From Euryarchaeota archaeon UBA28 (GTDB lineage Archaea > Thermoplasmatota > Poseidoniia > Poseidoniales > Thalassarchaeaceae), in contig DANW01000001.1 of assembly GCA_002501605.1 (NCBI GenBank), positions 1-61,957 on the forward strand: DNA of 61,957 nucleotides. The letters run 5' to 3'. A program made the translations under genes and the position numbers. Shown piece after piece: positions 38,843 to 48,244 of this stretch. The notes beneath the pieces were generated by a model. It saw nothing but the letters and a program-made list of their open reading frames with translations. It searched no databases and had not been told where the DNA came from. The number at the start of each line of letters is the position of its first letter. Within the stretch, counting starts at the first letter, position 1.

Positions 38843-39976
38843 ATGACTCAGTCTTGCGGTCTGATGGGTGATGGTGAGAAACCGGTTAAAATCCACCATC
38901 TTGTAAAAGCTCCTGAGAATACTCCTGAATCAGTAGCCTCACGAGAGTCATGGGACGCTTCCAAACCAGTTACCGTATACAAGACACCGGAGAATCTTCC
39001 AGATGGGTCACCCTGCACAGCCGCCACGGTAATCCTCAGAACTAAGGGCTGTGCATGGTGGTGGAAGTCAGGTTGCACATTTTGTGGCTACTTCAACGAT
39101 GTCAGGGACGATGTTACATCTGAGGATATGTTCTCTCAGTGGGAAGAAGCCAAGAAGAGAACTGAGAATTTCAAGGGATGTAGAATGGTCAAGGTATACA
39201 CATCTGGAACATTCTTTGAGGATAGAGAGAACCCCCCTGAGTGGCAGGAGCACGTGTTGAGGGAGACCTACGAGATGGGGCTACACCTAGTCGTCGAAGC
39301 TCAGGCACAAATGTGCACGGAAGAGAAATTGGCATGGGTCGCTGAGAGGCACCCAGGTTGTACTGTGGCAATAGGTTTGGAGGCATATGATAACACCGTT
39401 CTGAGATTTCATGCCAACAAGGGCTTCTCAATCAGACAATGGCACAAAGCTGTAGAATTACTTAGAGAAAACTCATTGAGAGTAAAGACATATCTCCTTT
39501 TCAAGCCACCATTCATGTCCGAGGGAGACGCCTTAGAACATACTTCAAGGTGGGTAATGGAAGTATCCAAGATATCTGACGAAGTATCAATAAATCCAAT
39601 GAACATTCAGAGGGGTACAATCGTGGACAGGCTCTTCAGAAACAGGGAGTATCGCCCTCCGTGGCTTTGGTCATTGGTAGAAATGATCGTCAGGACGCAT
39701 GCTGATGTATCCAATACCGATTGTAGGGTAATCGTACATCCAACTGCAGGGGGGAAGACCAGGGGATCTCACAACTGTGGCTCGTGTGATTCAGAAGTCG
39801 TGGCAGCAATTGAGAGGTACTCCGTTTCTGGGGACTTAAGGGAATTCACAGGGTTAGAATGCGAGTGCAAGAAGGCATGGTACTCCGAGATTCAGAGTGA
39901 CGCTACTCTTCCTACCCCATTGGGCGCAGGTATCCACAGGAGGGGAAACCCGTTGGACCGCATCCGTGCTCCTTGA
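38843..39976 (+). CDS. archaeosine biosynthesis radical SAM protein RaSEA
   Basis: ILRTKGCAWWWKSGCTFCG (Cx6Cx2C), KVYTSG.F, YLLFKPPF, YRPPWLWS, RGSHNCGSC. Confidence 0.92.
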   Translation: MTQSCGLMGDGEKPVKIHHLVKAPENTPESVASRESWDASKPVTVYKTPENLPDGSPCTAATVILRTKGCAWWWKSGCTFCGYFNDVRDDVTSEDMFSQWEEAKKRTENFKGCRMVKVYTSGTFFEDRENPPEWQEHVLRETYEMGLHLVVEAQAQMCTEEKLAWVAERHPGCTVAIGLEAYDNTVLRFHANKGFSIRQWHKAVELLRENSLRVKTYLLFKPPFMSEGDALEHTSRWVMEVSKISDEVSINPMNIQRGTIVDRLFRNREYRPPWLWSLVEMIVRTHADVSNTDCRVIVHPTAGGKTRGSHNCGSCDSEVVAAIERYSVSGDLREFTGLECECKKAWYSEIQSDATLPTPLGAGIHRRGNPLDRIRAP

Positions 39977-40065
39977 GTACTGGTGACATTACACCCCGCC
40001 TAATGCTTAAGGGGCAATCTCTGTTGGTTAGGTCCGCTTCTGTCGCGTTTGCGAGGTGTGTGTCT

Positions 40066-40344
40066 ATGTCTGCCGATGTACCGAGTTCTGTTGATGTGTT
40101 TATTCAAGGTGAGAAAGAGCCAGCTTCCTCTGGAATAGTACTGGTGCTTGGACTCGTCACTATGCTATCTTTCCTTGTACTATACAGTATCTTATTCCCT
40201 GGCAGAGATATGCCAGTGGTATCCGAAGTACTTCCCATGTTTGAGGGAGTATTCGATTCTGGGATCTGGTTCTTCCTCCTCGGCGTTATTTTTGGTGCGT
40301 TTTCCATAATCGCGACCATGCTTGCGGAGGCTACCAGCGAGTAG
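40066..40344 (+). CDS. small two-TM hypothetical protein
   Basis: GAGGTG SD before ATG 40066; two hydrophobic segments; directly upstream of the CcoN-like gene. Confidence 0.72.
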   Translation: MSADVPSSVDVFIQGEKEPASSGIVLVLGLVTMLSFLVLYSILFPGRDMPVVSEVLPMFEGVFDSGIWFFLLGVIFGAFSIIATMLAEATSE

Positions 40345-40352
40345 GTGATATC

Positions 40353-42020
40353 ATGGATGTCATAATTTCCACTTTAGCAGTCTTCTGGCTCTTCTTGGCT
40401 ATATTCTTCATACTGATAAAAAGAGGCCTGTGGATATTCAGTGACGTATCCAAGAGCCTCAGCATGTTCATGCTCGAAAAGGCCCTTGGGCCAGCAATAG
40501 ATTTCGTCAGTGGACGCCCCGGCTCTGCGACAACTGCATGGATAATCCACGGTTTCGTTTGGACATTCGCGGCCTCAACATTCACCTTCGTAGGGCTTTG
40601 GCTGACACATGACCCCACCGCCCTACACAGCTTTGGCTCATGGGGCTATAATCCAAAGTCATCTGAGTTGATTTACGCAGGTAGATTAACCGCTTTATTC
40701 GGAGCTATCGGGATGACGGTTATCGGTACATCTCTGCACGCCCTACCAAAGCTATCTGGAACAAACTTGGCTAGCGAGTCCAACGCTACGTTGGTATCCC
40801 TTCTTTGGACACTGTCCGTATTGCTGATGTTCATAGGCTCGCAGAATAGCGTCATTCTTGGAATTACAATACTGCCCGTCGCAAATCTATTGCTTTCCTT
40901 GGCCTCGATAGCCATTGCAATCAACATGGTAATCACCGTTTCCGAGGCAACCAAGGATATCCCATTCCCCGGATGGCTGATATTGTTCGCAGTCATTGGG
41001 AATATTGCAGCGATTCTAGCAGTGTTCGTGAGTGGCGCATACGACGAGGGAACAGGCCAATGGCTACTCTTCCACTTATCAGGAGGGACCTTCTTTTTCT
41101 GTGGACTGGCTGGAGTCTCCCTATACTCGGCATCTGTGGGTTCAGGGAATCCATTATGGTCAAAATCCTTGGTGGCTTTCACACTATTCGGAGCATTGGT
41201 CACTATCAATCCCATGGGCTCAACGGACTCTTCGATGGTAACCGACTTGTTCTCCTTGCCCTCAAGCGAACTCGATGCCACGTCGAGGGATGTCATATCT
41301 GGATCATTCCTGATGGCCCTAGCCGCAATGCCAATTATCGCATTCAGCGCTAACATGCTGGTGACTCTCAGGGGTTCAGATGCCTTTGTCGAGAATCCCG
41401 ATGCACCCGGTATCGCGGAACTGAATCTTGGATCATGGATGCTCGTCCCAGTTGCCATCGGAGCTCTTTTTGTACAGACAGACGCTCTCGGAGGTGTTAA
41501 CGAACTAACTGGAATTTCACAGTCCCTCGATTTAATGGCGATTTGGCTTGTAATGATTCCACTTTCCCTCGGCGCAGCTCTGAGTATCCTCCCAAGAGCC
41601 AGTGGTAGGCATCAATTATCAGAGAACAGGTCCAGGTGGGCCTACTGGATGATGACTGGGGGGGCCTTCCTCGGCCTATTGATCACCATGATGTCTGACT
41701 TCACTGACATGGCTCTCACAGAGTCAATGGCCGAACAGGGAGCCTCAATAAATGACGAACTCAGGAAGGTCGGGTCAGTAATGTTCTACGGGACAGTGGT
41801 TGGTGCCATATTCCATTGTACTAACTCCATAAGCGGTCAATTTAGGGGAAGGTTGGTCCAATCCGTAAACACATCCTCAACCTCATCGATTTCTGTTGAA
41901 TCATACACACTGACATCAACAACAACAATCAGAAAGATCCTAGCTAGCGGGGCTACTCTTGACACTGAGGTTTCTCCCTCAGGACAGACTGAAGAGGAAG
42001 GCTCAGCTACCGAACTTTGA
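40353..42020 (+). CDS. polytopic membrane protein, degenerate cbb3 oxidase subunit I (CcoN)-like
   Basis: ~13 TMs; QWLLFHLSGGTFF...NPLWSKSL parallels CcoN QWWYGHNAVGFF...RPVYSYRL; other His ligands not seen. Confidence 0.62.
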   Translation: MDVIISTLAVFWLFLAIFFILIKRGLWIFSDVSKSLSMFMLEKALGPAIDFVSGRPGSATTAWIIHGFVWTFAASTFTFVGLWLTHDPTALHSFGSWGYNPKSSELIYAGRLTALFGAIGMTVIGTSLHALPKLSGTNLASESNATLVSLLWTLSVLLMFIGSQNSVILGITILPVANLLLSLASIAIAINMVITVSEATKDIPFPGWLILFAVIGNIAAILAVFVSGAYDEGTGQWLLFHLSGGTFFFCGLAGVSLYSASVGSGNPLWSKSLVAFTLFGALVTINPMGSTDSSMVTDLFSLPSSELDATSRDVISGSFLMALAAMPIIAFSANMLVTLRGSDAFVENPDAPGIAELNLGSWMLVPVAIGALFVQTDALGGVNELTGISQSLDLMAIWLVMIPLSLGAALSILPRASGRHQLSENRSRWAYWMMTGGAFLGLLITMMSDFTDMALTESMAEQGASINDELRKVGSVMFYGTVVGAIFHCTNSISGQFRGRLVQSVNTSSTSSISVESYTLTSTTTIRKILASGATLDTEVSPSGQTEEEGSATEL

Positions 42021-42052
42021 GGATATGAAACCCCTCGCATCGGGTGGTAAAC

Positions 42053-43333
42053 ATGCGGATCGGACTAGTCGGCAAGCCAAATGTCGGCAAATCGACAATA
42101 TTTTCTGCTATGACACAGACCCCAGTAGAAATCGCAAACTACCCCTTTACAACCATAGATCCCAATGTTGGCGTGGCATGGCTACCCCTGCCTTCAAAGT
42201 GTGCTTGTTCAGAGTTAAGAAAACGTAAAGAGGATGCGGGGAGACTTGAACCAGCCAATGAGGACGATACAAGAAAAGGTAGTATATGCGAGCCTAACTC
42301 TGGCTCTTGCGTTGAGTTTCGAAGACTAGTCCCAGTCACTCTTATTGACGTTGCAGGTCTGGTACCAGGGGCTCATGAGGGCAAAGGTCGAGGTAATCAA
42401 TTCCTGTCTGACCTAGCTCGTTGCGATGCACTGATTCAGGTAGTTGATGTATCTGGCTCCACTGATTTAGAAGGAAATCCCGTTGGTACGGGGGGGTCAG
42501 AGCCTATTGAGGAACACCGCTTTCTTGTATCGGAAATCGAGGCTTGGATTGCTGGCATCCTACGTGGGGGATGGAGCCGGGCCACTAGGAAAGTTCAGGC
42601 AGAAGGTGAGAAGGCCCTTTCTGAATACATACACACTCAATTGACAGGAATAGGAGCTACGGAGAGCCACATCAACACAGGTATTGCAGCTGTACGCACT
42701 CGTCATCCGGGTTCCGAATCGGCGTCGCAATGGGGAGATTCTGAGTTAATGGCCCTATCTTCAGAGATTCGCAGGGCATTGTTTCCAATATCCATCGCGG
42801 CAAATAAGGCTGACAATCAAGTACATCGATGTAACGAGCTGAAAACAGAAATTGAGGCCTCAGGGGGAAAGGTCGTCCTCACCAGTGCTGAGGCCGAACT
42901 TGCATTGAGTAGGGCCAGTGCAGCTGGAATGATAGAACGTCGACCGGGAGATTCGAAATTTGATATCTCTCAGAAGGGTGAGGAGACTATGAACGAGCAG
43001 CAGAGAAAGGCATTACATTCCATTTCTGAATCTCTGACTTGGGAAGGAGGCGGGCTATTCGGGCTACTCTCAGAAGTCGTATTTGGCACACTTTCTCGCA
43101 AGGTGGCATATCCTGTTCAGGACGAGACACATTGGGCAGATGGTGATGGAAATACTCTCCCAGACGCTATCCTTGTTCCTTCAGGGACTACCGCTAAGGG
43201 ACTGGCATTCCATGTTCATACTGATTTAGGCCAAGGATTCATCAGGGCCGTTGATGCCCGAACCGGAAGAATAATCGGTTCTGAGTATGAGATAATGGAT
43301 AATGACGTTATCAGGATACACTCAAAGTCCTAA
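42053..43333 (+). CDS. ychF: YchF/Ola1-like Obg-family NTPase
   Basis: GLVGKPNVGKST, ANYPFTTIDPN, DVAGLVPGAHEGKGRGNQFL, ANKAD, C-terminal TGS (HTDL..GFI). Confidence 0.93.
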   Translation: MRIGLVGKPNVGKSTIFSAMTQTPVEIANYPFTTIDPNVGVAWLPLPSKCACSELRKRKEDAGRLEPANEDDTRKGSICEPNSGSCVEFRRLVPVTLIDVAGLVPGAHEGKGRGNQFLSDLARCDALIQVVDVSGSTDLEGNPVGTGGSEPIEEHRFLVSEIEAWIAGILRGGWSRATRKVQAEGEKALSEYIHTQLTGIGATESHINTGIAAVRTRHPGSESASQWGDSELMALSSEIRRALFPISIAANKADNQVHRCNELKTEIEASGGKVVLTSAEAELALSRASAAGMIERRPGDSKFDISQKGEETMNEQQRKALHSISESLTWEGGGLFGLLSEVVFGTLSRKVAYPVQDETHWADGDGNTLPDAILVPSGTTAKGLAFHVHTDLGQGFIRAVDARTGRIIGSEYEIMDNDVIRIHSKS

Positions 43334-43338
43334 GGATC

Positions 43339-44004
43339 CTAGGCCGACGACTCTACGATGACAACTTCGTAAGTCACCATCCTCCATGTGATATCAAATT
43401 CCTCATCTGAGTCCACTATCTGTCCCACCACGGGAGCCGAGTTAACTTCCGCTGTAAGCGTAGCCGACCACGTTCCGATCCCAAAACCGCCATCATTCCA
43501 CGTCTCAGATATTGTTTTCTGTGATGATGTGATAGTGAAACTCTCCCCTGTGTAATTGGTGGTAACATCCCATCTGATTGTGAACCCACCATTTCCTCCG
43601 GCACAAGTGCCATCTGCACTCTGGTCCTCAATATCACCAGAAGAGTGCCCCTCAACATCCATTAGATCACTTATTCCATCCACACTGTCAGTAAAACCCG
43701 GCCCAGGATCGTCATTATCATTACACTGAACTATCAATTCTACGGACCCTATCTCCATTTCTCCTATGTCATCGAGCCCCACAATGAATTCCGTAATGTG
43801 GGTATCTCCGTCTTCTAAAACTGCCGACTCTTGGAAAATAGTCTCACTCTCAATGAAGCTAACCTCCCAATTTCCTTGGGGACCCGCTCCTCCAGATACC
43901 AGACCTTCATCCGCTAGAGGCATCCATGCGAAATATAAGGGAAATAAAACCATGAATGCCAACGAACCTGCGAGCATCCCAAGTTTCCTCGGACTATCGA
44001 ACAT
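43339..44004 (-). CDS. membrane-anchored acidic hypothetical protein
   Basis: N-terminal TM, acidic beta-rich ectodomain with a Cys pair; GGAGGGG SD. Confidence 0.75.
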   Translation of the reverse strand: MFDSPRKLGMLAGSLAFMVLFPLYFAWMPLADEGLVSGGAGPQGNWEVSFIESETIFQESAVLEDGDTHITEFIVGLDDIGEMEIGSVELIVQCNDNDDPGPGFTDSVDGISDLMDVEGHSSGDIEDQSADGTCAGGNGGFTIRWDVTTNYTGESFTITSSQKTISETWNDGGFGIGTWSATLTAEVNSAPVVGQIVDSDEEFDITWRMVTYEVVIVESSA

Positions 44005-44082
44005 GCCTTTATTCCCCTCCGATTCGGCACTGGAAAATCAATCCCTCTTTCAAATCCTCTCTCTGAAAGTTACGATTTCAAG

Positions 44083-44526
44083 TCAAATAATACCCTCTGA
44101 CAAAAACGCCTTTCTCGATTTTCTGAATTCTGGACTGAAGTAGCCAATCATGGAACGCTCTCCAAAACTCCACTTCCAAGGGCACCTAGGAAGGGAATTA
44201 TGCCACTCACGAAGGAAAGTAGACCACTCATCTCCATCTATTCCCGATGGAATCTCAAACGAGACCATAGTTATGCTACCTGCAGAACCAGGTGTGTAGC
44301 TCCAAGATCTCAAAGACAAACCTTCTCCAGGACCACTATCTATCGAGAGCCCAATCACTCTTGCTGACCTTGCTATAGGCATTATGATGGCCCATCTGTG
44401 AACTACCCTGCTTTCTTCCAGCCTGGTCCCTTCCCATCCTCGTCTCTCACATGCTATTCTGAAGTACCTAATCGCATCGGTGGGGGTTATTGAGACTGGA
44501 ATCTCTAGTATGCGATTGGGGTGCAT
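44083..44526 (-). CDS. hypothetical protein
   Basis: 147-aa Trp-rich ORF filling the gap after rpl12. Confidence 0.65.
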   Translation of the reverse strand: MHPNRILEIPVSITPTDAIRYFRIACERRGWEGTRLEESRVVHRWAIIMPIARSARVIGLSIDSGPGEGLSLRSWSYTPGSAGSITMVSFEIPSGIDGDEWSTFLREWHNSLPRCPWKWSFGERSMIGYFSPEFRKSRKAFLSEGII

Positions 44527-44587
44527 CCGGCTTCGCTAACAGGCTATCGCCCATAGCGCCTTCGCGAATTCTATCTTTTGCTAATGC

Positions 44588-44899
44588 TTATCCGAACAAA
44601 GAGCCGAGACCCTCGAATCCACCATCGTCTTCCTCAGGCTCCTCTTCAGCAACGGCCTCAGCAGGAGCCTCTGAAGCTCCTCCTGCGGCTGCAGCAGGCG
44701 CGGCGCCTGTGGCAACTGGTGCTGCTATAGCGGTAGCCATAGCTTCTCCGATATCGACGGATCCCAACGACGCAACCAGTGCCTTGACACGGGCGCTGTC
44801 AGCATCCACTCCAGCGGCGGTTAGCACAGCGCTAACGCCATTCTCATCAATCTCTTTCTCAGCAGAGTGCAGTAGCATTGCAGCATATACATATTCCAT
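44588..44899 (-). CDS. rpl12: ribosomal stalk protein P1/aL12
   Basis: [11 protein letters not shown]...Ala hinge...[15 protein letters not shown]; GAAGGTGA SD. Confidence 0.97.
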   Translation of the reverse strand: MEYVYAAMLLHSAEKEIDENGVSAVLTAAGVDADSARVKALVASLGSVDIGEAMATAIAAPVATGAAPAAAAGGASEAPAEAVAEEEPEEDDGGFEGLGSLFG

Positions 44900-44915
44900 T
44901 TTTTCACCTTCTATT

Positions 44916-45935
44916 TCATCCGAAGAGATCGCCAAGTCCACCGAACCCAGCTTCCTCCTCTTCCTCCTCTTCCTCGTTTGCGACTTCTTCGGTCGCTCCT
45001 TCAGCCGCTTCGGAGGAAGCGACTTCAGCACCAGATGTACTCGCTACCGCACCAAGTGCGGCAACTAGCTCTTCATCGAGAGCTGAGGAATCTAATTGGC
45101 CGGCTATGGCCATGGCACGTGCGTTAGCACGGGAAATTATCGCAGAGGCAGTGTCTTCGTTGACGACCCCAGCTTCCAAGGCAACTGATAGTGCCTCACT
45201 GCTAGCCTTGGAAAGCAGAGCGGGCATTGTGACACTGGAGAACCAGCGTACATTACATGCTAGGTTGTAAGCGTTCGAGGTAGCTGAGATAATATCGCTC
45301 TTCAGACCATCTGTGTCCAAGTCCAGGTCTGAGGAAGAAAGAACTTCTCCGTCATCTATGACTCCCATCAGTATCAATCCGATCTCGATAGGGTTTATGC
45401 CAAGCTTTGAGAGCATTAGCCCAAGATCTCCCTCGATTGGCTCTCCCTTGTTGACTACAGTAACTGTTTTCTGGATAGCTACCGCGCCCTTGTCTATCTT
45501 TGCTGGAATCCCAACTGCGTTGAACTCACCGACAATCGGTCCCGGTCCAAACTCTGTTGGCCCCGCTTCTACGACAATGTCCTCTGGGGCAATTTCTCCC
45601 TCCTTTGCGGCTCTACCCTGCCTGGTTTTCTCCAACTCATCAAACAACTCATAGCAGTTCAAGGAATCAGTGTGTACCACACATGGCTGAATTGCGCCTT
45701 CAAGGAGCTCTTCTAAATCATCCTCGGAAAGGCCGGCTTCCTTCCATGCAAGCCTGATAAGACTCTTTTTGGCCATGGTCATTGTGATCATCCCCCTCAG
45801 GGAGTTTCTCATATCCAGCATATTCTTTGCAGGGACTCCGGAAATATCCACAACACCAACAATTCCCTCTTTGGAGACTATGTCCCTTAGCTCAGTCACA
45901 CGGTCCGGCTTCCATGACGCAACCTTGGGAATCAA
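44916..45935 (-). CDS. rpl10: ribosomal protein uL10/P0
   Basis: [44 protein letters not shown]; TTG start coupled to rpl1 stop. Confidence 0.96.
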   Translation of the reverse strand: MIPKVASWKPDRVTELRDIVSKEGIVGVVDISGVPAKNMLDMRNSLRGMITMTMAKKSLIRLAWKEAGLSEDDLEELLEGAIQPCVVHTDSLNCYELFDELEKTRQGRAAKEGEIAPEDIVVEAGPTEFGPGPIVGEFNAVGIPAKIDKGAVAIQKTVTVVNKGEPIEGDLGLMLSKLGINPIEIGLILMGVIDDGEVLSSSDLDLDTDGLKSDIISATSNAYNLACNVRWFSSVTMPALLSKASSEALSVALEAGVVNEDTASAIISRANARAMAIAGQLDSSALDEELVAALGAVASTSGAEVASSEAAEGATEEVANEEEEEEEEAGFGGLGDLFG

Positions 45936-46576
45936 GCAATCACCTCGACCTTGTAAGAGGGGCCCATGGATGTCTTGATGTAGCAGGACCTGATATTTCC
46001 AGGGCCTCTCTCAAGCTTGCTCATCACTCTGTTCCAGATAGCCATGGCATTCATGGTGAGATCGTCAAGCCCCTGCTCTCTGGAACCTAGGGCAGTATGG
46101 AAGGTTATCTTATCTCTGGACCTCACAACCGCTGTGTCCTTCAGACCCGCAGCTATCATTGCGGGGTCCACATTTGGAGGTACGGGGCGAGGCATCTTAC
46201 CTCTTGGTCCCAATACGACCCCGAGGAACCTTCCGACGGTCCCCATGTGTGGAATCTCGGACAGGAAGAAATCATATCTATTCGCCATCTTTCTTGCTTG
46301 TTGACGATTACCTCCAATATCCTCTATTGTCATTGGGTCGATTACATCCAATCCAGCCGCCTTGGCCTTCGTGGACATCTCTCCACCTGCGAACATTGCG
46401 ATCCTAACGGGTTTGCCCCTGCCTGATGGGAGCCGAACCTCCTCCTGTATCCTGTTAGCTGGGTTCTTGAGATCTACGTCCTTCAATGTAAATGAGATCT
46501 CCATTGACTCTACGAACTTACGCTCTGGAGACCCTTCTAGGGCTTGTTGAATAGCGTTCTGTATATTTTCCTTCAT
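45932..46576 (-). CDS. rpl1: ribosomal protein uL1
   Basis: RKFVES, LPSGRGK, LGVVLGPRGKMP, YIKTSMGP. Confidence 0.97.
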   Translation of the reverse strand: MKENIQNAIQQALEGSPERKFVESMEISFTLKDVDLKNPANRIQEEVRLPSGRGKPVRIAMFAGGEMSTKAKAAGLDVIDPMTIEDIGGNRQQARKMANRYDFFLSEIPHMGTVGRFLGVVLGPRGKMPRPVPPNVDPAMIAAGLKDTAVVRSRDKITFHTALGSREQGLDDLTMNAMAIWNRVMSKLERGPGNIRSCYIKTSMGPSYKVEVIA

Positions 46577-46589
46577 CCTAAACCACCTC

Positions 46590-46619
46590 TGCGGTCAACG
46601 AGGTTTGACCTCTCCCGCA
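46590..46619 (-). promoter_or_regulatory. putative uL1-binding mRNA operator
   Basis: UGCGG-GA-GAGGU-CAA-ACCUC-GUUGA-CCGCA (2x5 asymmetric loop with GGGAG) directly before the GAGGUG SD of rpl1. Confidence 0.72.
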
Positions 46620-46630
46620 ATTCGTGTATG

Positions 46631-46909
46631 TCAAGCGAAATGCTCGGCAAATTCCCCCTTGCTCATAGCATTCAAGGCGTCTTTTGGAGACATCCCCTCG
46701 ACATTTACTCTCATTGATACGCATGTTCCCATGACTTCCCTGCACCTAGCGTAGAGAGTTGCACCAGTGAGACGGTCTTTCTGCTCATCAGCGATTTTCT
46801 TTACCTGATCCATGGTAAGGTTTTCAGTTGCTTCCTCCCAGGATCCGTTGCACTTCTTTTTACCAAGTGACTGGATTATTTTGTGAGGGGTTTCATTGCG
46901 CGCTGACAT
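46631..46909 (-). CDS. rpl11: ribosomal protein uL11, C-terminal domain only
   Basis: NLTMDQVKKIA..K..L....REVMGTCVSMRVNVEG; canonical position between spt5 and rpl1; GGAGG SD. Confidence 0.85.
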   Translation of the reverse strand: MSARNETPHKIIQSLGKKKCNGSWEEATENLTMDQVKKIADEQKDRLTGATLYARCREVMGTCVSMRVNVEGMSPKDALNAMSKGEFAEHFA

Positions 46910-46988
46910 ACTAAATCCCCCTCCTGAGTGCCTCGCCGACCTACTCTCCCTATTTGAGCGTGATGTAAGTGACCAGATCCCCCTAATC

Positions 46989-47897
46989 TCACTCCATTCG
47001 TTGGGTGACCCTTACCTGATCGGCCCTTATGTTGAGGGCCACTGGGACTGCCGCCTCGAATAACTCGACCGTGACTTCCTCTTTCGACTCGCTTACGCCA
47101 ATTACACGGGCCGAAGCACCCTTGAAAGCGCCTCCGCGTATTTCCACTATGTTTCCTTCCTCGATTCCGGTTGTTGCGGCCTTCGGTTCTAGGTATGGCA
47201 GGATGTCCCTTAATGGCGACTCGCCATCCAACACCTTCCGACAGTTCTTCATGGGGGTAGCTGATACTCCAACTCTGCCTATTAGTTTCTCAACGTGATG
47301 AATGGCAGTGGCTTCAACGAAAATGAATCCCTTCAAATAGCTAGGACTTAGGACCCCGAATATCTTGTCTTGAATGTCTTGTAGCGATCCAGTCCCGGAT
47401 AACCTAGCTCTGATTTCCCTAGCCACATTCTGCTCTTGACCCATGCTGGTCTTCAAAATATAGAGGAATGAAGCCACGTCACCATACATATTCCCGAGTT
47501 GAGGGACCATATATCTGGTTGATCTGCTATCAGAGGAATCTTCGGGCTCCACCCAGTTGATGTAACCCGGGTCGACCCAGTTGTAGCTCTTGTAGAGTCC
47601 TTTGGCGGTTACCTCTTCAGTATCACATAGGAAAAGCAGAGGAGTTACATCATTCAGCCGGTTCCCAAACTCAAGACCCCTGGCATCACCAGATCTGACA
47701 AAGGTTAGGCTCTCATGGGGAATACCTGTTGCCTCCTCGATCCTCGAAGCAACCACATCTAGGTCGTCTGAATCCCCTACTCCGTAGACTCCATCCCACG
47801 CACCGGGGAAATCGGAGACCTCATCGGCTCTTTGCATCAGTAGGACCTTCTCTTCATGACGAATGTAAGCAACAAAAGCATCTGACATGTTTTCCAC
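46989..47897 (-). CDS. spt5: transcription elongation factor Spt5 with N-terminal Nudix-like domain
   Basis: NGN (ILKTSMGQEQNVA...LKGFIFVEA) + KOW (GNIVEIRGGAFKG..ARV); ~140-aa N-terminal extension with KVLLMQR...PGAWDGVYG...IEEATGI. Confidence 0.92.
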   Translation of the reverse strand: MENMSDAFVAYIRHEEKVLLMQRADEVSDFPGAWDGVYGVGDSDDLDVVASRIEEATGIPHESLTFVRSGDARGLEFGNRLNDVTPLLFLCDTEEVTAKGLYKSYNWVDPGYINWVEPEDSSDSRSTRYMVPQLGNMYGDVASFLYILKTSMGQEQNVAREIRARLSGTGSLQDIQDKIFGVLSPSYLKGFIFVEATAIHHVEKLIGRVGVSATPMKNCRKVLDGESPLRDILPYLEPKAATTGIEEGNIVEIRGGAFKGASARVIGVSESKEEVTVELFEAAVPVALNIRADQVRVTQRME

Positions 47898-47901
47898 CCT
47901 C

Positions 47902-48165
47902 TTAATTGGTCAACCATCTGAAGAAGTCGGGCAACAAGGTGTCCATCCCCCACAGCATCACGAATCCTATTAATCCGAGCACCAGCATACCGATTCCACA
48001 AACTATCACAGTCTGCCTGAACTCTTGCTTGGAGGGTTTTCTTGCCATCTTCAGGATTCTAGCGTAAGAACCAGTTTGCAGTCCCTTGATCCTTCCTTCG
48101 ATACCGTCCTGCCAGCCCTGTACGGTCTCTTCGACAGCGCCAACATTGGAACTCTCAACACTCAT
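47902..48165 (-). CDS. secE: protein translocase SecE/Sec61-gamma
   Basis: YARILKMARKPSKQEF + TM GMLVLGLIGF. Confidence 0.93.
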   Translation of the reverse strand: MSVESSNVGAVEETVQGWQDGIEGRIKGLQTGSYARILKMARKPSKQEFRQTVIVCGIGMLVLGLIGFVMLWGMDTLLPDFFRWLTN

Positions 48166-48244
48166 GGTCCTACCTCAAAGCGGTTTGCCGACCGACGAGC
48201 CTCATTTAAGCACAGCGGACGTGCCTGTCGCGTTTGATTGTCTA

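Noticed and set aside
42180-42330. Cys-rich insertion in YchF
   Set aside because: A Cys-containing insert at this position is typical of archaeal YchF homologues
44588-44970. Near-duplicate C-termini of uL10 and P1
   Set aside because: Normal shared stalk motif in archaea, not a repeat element
44900-45031. Basic N-terminal extension on rpl12
   Set aside because: Alternative-frame reading of the rpl10 acidic tail; the true start MEYVY has its own SD
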